The position numbers and the translations under genes are program-made. Below, in pieces: positions 27,205 through 33,952 of a stretch of DNA of 64,000 nt (position 1 is the first letter of the stretch; each line of letters opens with the position of its first letter). The DNA is from an uncultured virus (IMG/VR IMGVR_UViG_3300021425_000021) (lineage: Duplodnaviria > Heunggongvirae > Uroviricota > Caudoviricetes). The stretch lies in the IMG/VR virus record IMGVR_UViG_3300021425_000021. The stretch is one strand, 5' to 3'. The notes below the pieces were generated by a model. The model was given only the letters and a program-made list of their open reading frames with translations, was not told the DNA's origin and did no database searches.

Positions 27205-28162
27205 TATTAATTTTGTAATAATCTAAATACCAATCAATAAAATTATTGACGCCCTCTTCAATTGATACAATAGGCTTATAACCAATTAGATTTTGTAGTT
27301 TAGTTGTATCTGCCCATGTCATAGGAACATCGGCTGGATGCTTTGGTTGATAATCAATAATAGCTTTTCTATCAAGCTTTAACTCAATTGCTTTAATAAA
27401 GTCCATAAGCTTAACTGGCTCGCCTCGACCAATATTAAATATTTCACTGAATTTTTCGCCTTGTAAAGAAATATGGTACGATAAAACGCCAATTACTCCA
27501 TTAGCAATATCATCAACATACGTAAAGTCACGAGTCATGTTTCCGTTATTGAAAGCAATAATTGGTTTTCTTTCGATGATACCCTTCGTAAAAAGGAATA
27601 GCGCCATATCTGGGCGACCGTATGGTCCATATACCGTAAAAAAGCGAAGGCCAGTTGTACGTGAAAGATTAGAGTGCATAAATTGACATTCGTTTGAACG
27701 CTTAGACCATCCATATGGATTATTTTGATGGCCTGGCAAATCTTGTTCATTCCATGGCAGTGGTTGACCATGCATAACACATGAGCTTGAAGCGTATACT
27801 ACGTCCTGAATATTTAACTCTTCGCACACTTCAATTAAGTTTTGAGTACCATGTATATTTGTGTCAATGTATGGACGTGGCTCACGAAGAGAATGTCTTG
27901 GATTTGCGTAGGCAGCCAAATGTAAAACTACATCTGGGTTAGCTTCTTTAATTCCTGCCCTTAATGCATCCTTATCTAAAATATCATAATGGCCAATCTG
28001 AACTCTTAGCTTACTTAGCTTTTTAGCTCTAGCCTTTTTTAAAAGTGGATCATAATAATCATTATAATTATCGCAACCATAAACGTCATGGCCTTGTTGA
28101 ACTAACATTTCTGCAGTGCGCGCGCCAATCATACCAGCTAAGCCCGTAATAAAAACTTTCAT
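27194..28162 (-). CDS. NAD-dependent epimerase, UDP-glucuronate 4-epimerase (CapI/GAE)-like
   Basis: TGLAGMIG, DNYNDYYDPLLK, YASSS, YGWSK, LRFFTVYGPYGRPDMA, RDFTYVDD. Confidence 0.85.
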   Translation of the reverse strand: MKVFITGLAGMIGARTAEMLVQQGHDVYGCDNYNDYYDPLLKKARAKKLSKLRVQIGHYDILDKDALRAGIKEANPDVVLHLAAYANPRHSLREPRPYIDTNIHGTQNLIEVCEELNIQDVVYASSSCVMHGQPLPWNEQDLPGHQNNPYGWSKRSNECQFMHSNLSRTTGLRFFTVYGPYGRPDMALFLFTKGIIERKPIIAFNNGNMTRDFTYVDDIANGVIGVLSYHISLQGEKFSEIFNIGRGEPVKLMDFIKAIELKLDRKAIIDYQPKHPADVPMTWADTTKLQNLIGYKPIVSIEEGVNNFIDWYLDYYKINMYN

Positions 28163-29418
28163 TATGCCATATCTCCTATCTGAAAAAATTGTTCTAAATC
28201 ATTCGTTGTGTTTTCGATAGGTGTATTTATGGAGATATCAATGATCTCTTTTACAACATCTGCGCCATCGGCGTGGCTTTTCCAAAACTCAAACGCCTGC
28301 TCTCGATAAATATCTCGTAAAAATGCATCATCTGAAAGATTTCTCATGATATGGGCACACTCTTCCATATTATCCGAATCTAGAAAAATAGTTCCGCTTT
28401 CCTTTGATTCAATAACTGGATCGCCTGTTTTATGATGAATAACATGTCTACCAAAATGTTTATGGAAAATTGGTACTGTGCCACATGCAATTGGTTCTGC
28501 ATGACAATTTTCGATATTATTCCCATACATATGTGGTTTTAAATGATAAAGATCTGAGCCAAAGGCAGATAGTGACATACGATTCATACAATCTACGTGT
28601 GTATATGGCGGATAAAGATAGACTTCTCCCGCAACTTCTTGGCCATGTAAATCCTCTGACCACTTTCTATCACCATATTCTTTTTCTGGACGAAAGTAGT
28701 TTACGCATTGCCGACGATTTTGATATTCTTTATCTTTATATAAAACTCCTTTATAACCAATGCTCGCTTCAAGGCCTTCAAGTATTGTTGTATAATTCAA
28801 AGCTCGTAGCTGCTCATTATGAAAATCAATCATAAGCTGAGGACCTTTCCAGCCAGCTAGCCGGCCAATCCATCTTACTTCCCTTGGTTTCTGTTGGCTA
28901 ACATCTTTCCAATATTTAGAACGATAGCCATCGAAATCAAACCCTAAACGCATTTTAAGAAGCGGTGTAGTAATATTTTCTTTTTTAGCCCATTCAGAAA
29001 ATGGATTAGTCAATGCATGAGTCATAGCCACATCAACTTCATTAACAATTTCTTTTAGGTTTGCGTTACGTGCGATTGATTGTGCATTATGATCGACGTT
29101 AATAAACGATTTGCGCACTTTAATAAGACGCAATAGCTCTAGAAAATTATCCTGAGTTTCCTGTGGATGGCTTTTACTTGGTACTGAATATACCACGACT
29201 AAGTCATATGAGTTGAGTTGATTTATAAGGCTTGACTCAATACCCTTTTTTAGATTAAACTCGACATATTCTCCCGGAAACTCAATCTTTTTTCCACGTG
29301 GCCACTTCTTATCTACACATGATAGAATAGTAGCGCCAGATACTATTTGCATTTGAATAGCACACTGTGTTACGCCGCATCCTTCTGTTCCACGTCCAAG
29401 TATAATACCTATTTTCAT
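28162..29418 (-). CDS. agt: DNA alpha-glycosyltransferase (T4 alpha-glucosyltransferase homolog)
   Basis: RGTEGCGVT, SVP, YWKDVS, RWIGR..WKG, EGLE, ACGTVPIF, colinear with T4 a-gt as recalled. Confidence 0.88.
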   Translation of the reverse strand: MKIGIILGRGTEGCGVTQCAIQMQIVSGATILSCVDKKWPRGKKIEFPGEYVEFNLKKGIESSLINQLNSYDLVVVYSVPSKSHPQETQDNFLELLRLIKVRKSFINVDHNAQSIARNANLKEIVNEVDVAMTHALTNPFSEWAKKENITTPLLKMRLGFDFDGYRSKYWKDVSQQKPREVRWIGRLAGWKGPQLMIDFHNEQLRALNYTTILEGLEASIGYKGVLYKDKEYQNRRQCVNYFRPEKEYGDRKWSEDLHGQEVAGEVYLYPPYTHVDCMNRMSLSAFGSDLYHLKPHMYGNNIENCHAEPIACGTVPIFHKHFGRHVIHHKTGDPVIESKESGTIFLDSDNMEECAHIMRNLSDDAFLRDIYREQAFEFWKSHADGADVVKEIIDISINTPIENTTNDLEQFFQIGDMA

Positions 29419-29882
29419 AACAATATTTCTTCTTTTTTATATTCTAGTGTTTCAATATTCGTATTTGTTTTTTGTAGTATATTTAAGCTAGTATTCCATT
29501 CAGTATTCCAATAAGGATCGTCATAAAGATTGACATAAACAAATCGAGTAATTCCTGCGGCGATTAGGTGCTTCATACAATTAGGACATATGATAAGACC
29601 CCAAACATAAATAGTCGAACCTTCTAGAGATCTTGCTGTTCTAGTAGCATCCATTAAAAGATTCATTTCAGCATGAATAATAAGGTCGTATTTAATAGTT
29701 CTATCTTCTAACCACTCTGGCTTATCTTCGATTCCTGACGGAAACCCGTTGTACCCAGTTGCTATAATACGATTGTTGATCGTAGCAACTGAGCCAATTT
29801 GTTTTGATGGATCTTTAGACCAAGAGGATACTTCCTTAGCAATTCTAAGAAAGCGTTTATCCCATTTTTCAGAATAGTTCAT
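29415..29882 (-). CDS. cd: dCMP deaminase
   Basis: SKDP, TGYNG, HAEMN, CPNC. Start reassigned to MNYSEKWD. Confidence 0.9.
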   Translation of the reverse strand: MNYSEKWDKRFLRIAKEVSSWSKDPSKQIGSVATINNRIIATGYNGFPSGIEDKPEWLEDRTIKYDLIIHAEMNLLMDATRTARSLEGSTIYVWGLIICPNCMKHLIAAGITRFVYVNLYDDPYWNTEWNTSLNILQKTNTNIETLEYKKEEILL

Positions 29883-30597
29883 ATTGCCCCAATAATCCAT
29901 CATTATCATATTCTTTGCGTGTAATATGAGTTCGACCAGTTTTTGCATAAGCATCTACTAAGTAAAACTGTGACTCATAAACATGAAGCGATCCAGCTTG
30001 CCAAATAATATCGCCAGCCTCTATTTGTAAATCTCTAGACAATTTAAGCAATACATATTTTTGCCAGGCAAAATCATTACGATAACCAGCCCACGCATCA
30101 TTCGATCTCATATTTACAATAGCATGTATTTTATTATTTCGAATAAGATATTGAACTGCGTTTGTGCACATGAAATCTGTCATACCATCACGAACACTAT
30201 CAGTATGCATTGATGGACGAGTGTAAATCATTACCGCTTGACGCGTACTTGGCTGATTATACAAAGCAGCGCATACATTACGATATTGATTACCATTCTC
30301 CAGAGAAAAGATACACCAGCCATAATTTGAATTAATTTCTCCTTTATCTGAAGACACCATTTCCCATATTGCAGGTGTTTTTCCAGGTATATCATTTACA
30401 TTAAGTGATTGGCTTTGATACCACTCAAGTTCATGTTGAATATATTGATGATTTGGTTTGCCGAAAATATGATCGTCAGAAGCAATGAACTGTGCGCCTA
30501 CGATTTCTAAAACTTTTGATCCATCTTTATTTATGACAAAATCTTGGCGCTTTAGCTTTGACGCAAACTCACTGCGGATACTTTCAATTGACATCAT
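29869..30597 (-). CDS. 42: dCMP hydroxymethylase
   Basis: INSNYGW, DFMCT, MRSNDAWAGYRNDFAWQKYV (Asp at the dCMP-specificity position), GSLHVY. Start reassigned to MMSIES. Confidence 0.92.
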   Translation of the reverse strand: MMSIESIRSEFASKLKRQDFVINKDGSKVLEIVGAQFIASDDHIFGKPNHQYIQHELEWYQSQSLNVNDIPGKTPAIWEMVSSDKGEINSNYGWCIFSLENGNQYRNVCAALYNQPSTRQAVMIYTRPSMHTDSVRDGMTDFMCTNAVQYLIRNNKIHAIVNMRSNDAWAGYRNDFAWQKYVLLKLSRDLQIEAGDIIWQAGSLHVYESQFYLVDAYAKTGRTHITRKEYDNDGLLGQYELF

Positions 30598-30934
30598 TAG
30601 GCTTACTCCGATTTGGCTTATTGCTAGTAAGAGACATATCTTCAGTTTGACCTGGCACACCGCCCCGACACCATGCCGCAGCAAACGAGCAATAGTTTAC
30701 CATATCTTTGAAAGTATCTTCCAAGCTTTCAAAATTAGGTTCCGCACCATGTTCTGCAGCTTCAACAAGAGAAACAGCCCGAAGATACTTACTATGAATG
30801 GTATCCATAAGAGACAAAACACCGCGTGGATAATAATCTGACTGAACGATTGTCGATTTGGGGTTTTGATAATCTTCTGATTTTTTGGTTTGGAGCTCAG
30901 CACACTCTTTAAGAACTTTAAGGGATTCACGCAT
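30584..30934 (-). CDS. Nucleotide-modification-associated (Nmad1/DUF1599-like) alpha-helical pyrophosphatase-like protein
   Basis: KKSEDY...K..R...ESLEDTFKDMVNY pattern, first gene of the modification operon. Confidence 0.7.
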   Translation of the reverse strand: MRESLKVLKECAELQTKKSEDYQNPKSTIVQSDYYPRGVLSLMDTIHSKYLRAVSLVEAAEHGAEPNFESLEDTFKDMVNYCSFAAAWCRGGVPGQTEDMSLTSNKPNRSKPNDVN

Positions 30935-30962
30935 TTATAATCTTTCTCAATTGATATAATAT

Positions 30963-30991
30963 ATTATATACTATCTTTATAAGTTTGTACA
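30963..30991 (-). promoter_or_regulatory. Early promoter of the DNA-modification operon
   Basis: TGTACA-17-TATAAT. Confidence 0.8.
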
Positions 30992-30994
30992 CAT

Positions 30995-31294
30995 TTATTT
31001 TATAGAGTCTAGTTTCTCAAACTCTTCTTGAATTTTCCATACTCGTTTTTGAATTAGCTCTATATGCTTTTCACTTTTTTCAAGCATCTCTTGCATTTTA
31101 GCTAGCTTAAGACAAGTTTCAGGAGTATAGACTTCGTAACCTTTATTTGGATTATAGTGATCATTTTTAAAGTCTTTGATCTGAGCAATAATACGCTTTC
31201 TATCTTCCCAACCCATAGTCAATTCCATATACTCATTGAGTATAGCATTTTGCATTTGCTTACGATACTGAGCACTTATTCGTTTTTTTGTCAT
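30995..31294 (-). CDS. Hypothetical coiled-coil protein
   Basis: ATGA overlap with the upstream gene. Confidence 0.6.
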   Translation of the reverse strand: MTKKRISAQYRKQMQNAILNEYMELTMGWEDRKRIIAQIKDFKNDHYNPNKGYEVYTPETCLKLAKMQEMLEKSEKHIELIQKRVWKIQEEFEKLDSIK

Positions 31295-32226
31295 ATCGAA
31301 TTTTTATATGCCCATTCTAAAGCGCGGTCAGCTTCAACTTCAAGTGGACGATTAGCATACCAGTTGCCCGTTTCTTTATCAATTTCACGCGCTAATGTAG
31401 CAATTTCTGCGGCGGTGATAGGATATTCGCTACGTATAGCATTTGAAGCAGTAGAGCACAAAATGCGATACATCATATGATACCACCCAGAACTAGTAAT
31501 TGATTTATATTCGCTAACCATTTTTTTATTTATGAATGGACAATCGCGGTAGCTTGACCATGTGATATTAGCAGTCAGCTGCGTTTTCTTTTTCTCTAAT
31601 AATTGTGCTTGAACATCAGGCGGTAGACGATCAAAAAAGTTAGTGGCTCGAGAACGCTCATGAAACTTGTGCTTTGTCATAAGATCGTTAGGATCGATGA
31701 TTGGACCCTTATGCGTAAATATAAAGTTGTTGGCATTAGGGTACTGGCCAGGTATATAAAACATACGAGCCATATCTTTAGTTTGTGCATCACCAATATC
31801 AAGGAACTCTTTGTTCATCGCGTGCCAAAAGTGTGGAATCTTATCGGCCTTGACGGATTGAGTTAGCGGAAATACGAGGCGAAACTTCGGATGAATAACA
31901 GTCGACGATCCGGTTGAGTAACAAACGTAATAGTAATCACCGAAGTTTTTGATAATATCGTCAAACGAACCGTCATACTCATCAACGTCGATACAAGCCC
32001 AGTCCCACCGCAATACGTTCTTATTGGCACGCGTTGTACCAGGCTCGTATGCGGCCGGGCTAATTAGTTTGGCGCCACCTTTTTGGAACTTGTCCTTTGA
32101 TGGCTTGAACGTTTCGACCTTCGCAAGCTTATATAAGAGACTTTCCAATTCATCCCACTCACCAAACCGCATACGCTTATTGGTTTTATTATCGTAGATG
32201 TTATGGAATACTGTCAGCTCAATCAT
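31291..32226 (-). CDS. Archaeo-eukaryotic primase (PrimPol)-like protein
   Basis: ISPA..R, IDVD (motif A), YSTGSS..PKFRLVFPL, D..RMFYIP, helical C-terminal domain. Confidence 0.7.
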   Translation of the reverse strand: MIELTVFHNIYDNKTNKRMRFGEWDELESLLYKLAKVETFKPSKDKFQKGGAKLISPAAYEPGTTRANKNVLRWDWACIDVDEYDGSFDDIIKNFGDYYYVCYSTGSSTVIHPKFRLVFPLTQSVKADKIPHFWHAMNKEFLDIGDAQTKDMARMFYIPGQYPNANNFIFTHKGPIIDPNDLMTKHKFHERSRATNFFDRLPPDVQAQLLEKKKTQLTANITWSSYRDCPFINKKMVSEYKSITSSGWYHMMYRILCSTASNAIRSEYPITAAEIATLAREIDKETGNWYANRPLEVEADRALEWAYKNSI

Positions 32227-32308
32227 TCGAAGATATCACTACTAATGCTATAAAATATAAAAACACTAAAAAGGCAATTATGGCCGGCGCATATAAAAAA
32301 CTTTCCAT
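32222..32308 (-). CDS. 28-aa membrane peptide, not in the ORF track
   Basis: MESFLYAPAIIAFLVFLYFIALVISSND, overlapping both neighbours. Confidence 0.5.
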
Positions 32309-32895
32309 TATTCTTCACCTGTAATTAGTTCATAAATGTCTTCCCAATCGAATGCTCGTGGGCAATCACGATAGTCTTGGTTGTGTGGATGGTCAACAAG
32401 GATACTACGAAGACCTACCGAAGTACCAGCCGTAGCATTCTCAGGTTTATCTTCGATCCACCAATAGTTGGTACCACGATATGGTTCAAGAGCTTCGTCC
32501 TTGTCATCACCACAGCCGAGGATCGTAAATCGCGAAAACGTGTTCTCACCGAACAAGGCTTTGAGATTCATGATACGTAGCTTTTGAGCATATGGATCAG
32601 TATGCATACTCGTGATGGCATGGAACGTATAGCCATGCTTTTCATGAAGTAGCTTGACGTAATAAACAGAATCGCGAAGAGCATCGATATACCCAACACG
32701 CGCAGACTGATTGAAGTAGTTTACCAACTTCTTAGCCTCGCCGCGGCCGATGCCGAACTTATCATGAATGTTATAGTATGATTTTGCATTGGTAACAGCC
32801 TCGTAACCACGGCCACGCATCCAGTCCATAAACGCAGGTGCCCAATCGAGTAATACGCCATCACAATCTGTTAAAATAATTTTATTCATATTCAT
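32308..32895 (-). CDS. HAD-family 5'-nucleotidase-like protein (T4 30.2-like)
   Basis: LTDCDGVLLDW, ITS, K, WIEDK. Confidence 0.85.
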   Translation of the reverse strand: MNMNKIILTDCDGVLLDWAPAFMDWMRGRGYEAVTNAKSYYNIHDKFGIGRGEAKKLVNYFNQSARVGYIDALRDSVYYVKLLHEKHGYTFHAITSMHTDPYAQKLRIMNLKALFGENTFSRFTILGCGDDKDEALEPYRGTNYWWIEDKPENATAGTSVGLRSILVDHPHNQDYRDCPRAFDWEDIYELITGEE

Positions 32896-33070
32896 CTATC
32901 CATAATTTATAACTACATTCACTATCTAAAATATACTGATTGACTTCAGTTACGCCAACATTATATTCATCACATACTTTCATAAATCTATCTGTGCCTT
33001 CAAGATCTTCAATACGAATTTGATCGCCTGCGGCCATTATATTTTGTATATGTTTTTTATCACTTATCAT
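32882..33070 (-). CDS. Hypothetical protein
   Basis: Coupled ORF. Confidence 0.55.
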   Translation of the reverse strand: MISDKKHIQNIMAAGDQIRIEDLEGTDRFMKVCDEYNVGVTEVNQYILDSECSYKLWIDEYE

Positions 33071-33411
33071 TTATACTGCCTAGCGTGAAGGTAAAGGTCA
33101 TAAGATTCAGCGCAGCATAATGGTAAACTCTGAGATACCATATTGGCTACAACCCGGTGTCTGTATTCTTCGCTATGATTCAACAACATAGGATATTTGT
33201 TAGTATAATAATCCATTGCCCGAGCAACACGATTACTACCTCGACCATGGCGCTTAAGTCTTAGGCGATAATTAGCTTGGGTTTCTTTAAGATCCTTATT
33301 CAGCTTCTTAACTACTTGTACACAAGATTGATAAAGCTCTTGATCTAATTCACAATCAAAATTAAAGGTTCCAATATAATTTTTAGTTCTTTCGCGAAAA
33401 TGTTTTGGCAT
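33067..33411 (-). CDS. Early hypothetical protein
   Basis: Start reassigned to MPKHF after an AAGGA RBS. Confidence 0.65.
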   Translation of the reverse strand: MPKHFRERTKNYIGTFNFDCELDQELYQSCVQVVKKLNKDLKETQANYRLRLKRHGRGSNRVARAMDYYTNKYPMLLNHSEEYRHRVVANMVSQSLPLCCAESYDLYLHARQYK

Positions 33412-33441
33412 AAAATATCCTTTTTGATTATAGATATATAT

Positions 33442-33501
33442 TATCATAAAACTCCAGGAAAGTAAACTAAAAAATGCAATTATTACACATTTGTAATCTT
33501 T
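33442..33501 (-). repeat. Dispersed promoter/operator cassette, copy 4
   Basis: Near-identical to 1535-1594. The palindrome at 33482-33497 overlaps the stop codon of the upstream gene. Confidence 0.9.
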
Positions 33502-33932
33502 TCAAAGGCCTTTGTTAAAAGTCCATGATTACCTTCGTGCGATGGACCTTGCCAACCTTCTGGCTTAATAAGATCTGGAAGTCCAAGCGGATTAGGCCTT
33601 GACTCTTTAATGCCAGGTTTTTTGGAAATATTAGCAGAATGTACTTCATTCCATGCTTTATCGGCATCTACTTCAAACAAGTCAAGTGTTCCAATAGCTA
33701 CCACACAAATGTCAATTAAAGCATCAACTACTTCTTCGGCGTCATTCGTTGCGGTCGCTTCAACTAATTCATTAAACTCTTCACGAATAAAATTTACACG
33801 AAAGGCCAAAAGACTTTTTAGTTTTTCACTATCCATCTCACCTACTTTATTATGGACTTTAAAAAATTTATGCATATAGTTAATATTTGATAGCCAGTCA
33901 GATGATTTAGTAAATAGATTTGGATTAGACAT
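33483..33932 (-). CDS. MazG-like dNTP pyrophosphatase (candidate dCTPase/dUTPase)
   Basis: EEFNE...EEVVDALID...N.SK...KPEGW. Confidence 0.85.
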   Translation of the reverse strand: MSNPNLFTKSSDWLSNINYMHKFFKVHNKVGEMDSEKLKSLLAFRVNFIREEFNELVEATATNDAEEVVDALIDICVVAIGTLDLFEVDADKAWNEVHSANISKKPGIKESRPNPLGLPDLIKPEGWQGPSHEGNHGLLTKAFEKITNV

Positions 33933-33952
33933 AATTGTTTCCTTTATAATAA

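Noticed and set aside
29869..30597. Thymidylate-synthase-fold gene as thyA or dUMP hydroxymethylase
   Set aside because: The RND motif has the dCMP-specifying Asp and matches T4 gp42. The gene is also linked to agt, and thyX is present separately.
31291..32895. Apparently higher-GC patch suggesting recent acquisition
   Set aside because: This is an impression by eye only. Similar codon bias appears in highly expressed genes such as gp23, so a computed GC/codon profile is needed.
668..33501. Dispersed repeats as a CRISPR or mini-array
   Set aside because: The copies are kilobases apart, separated by whole genes, and contain promoter consensus elements. No cas genes are present.
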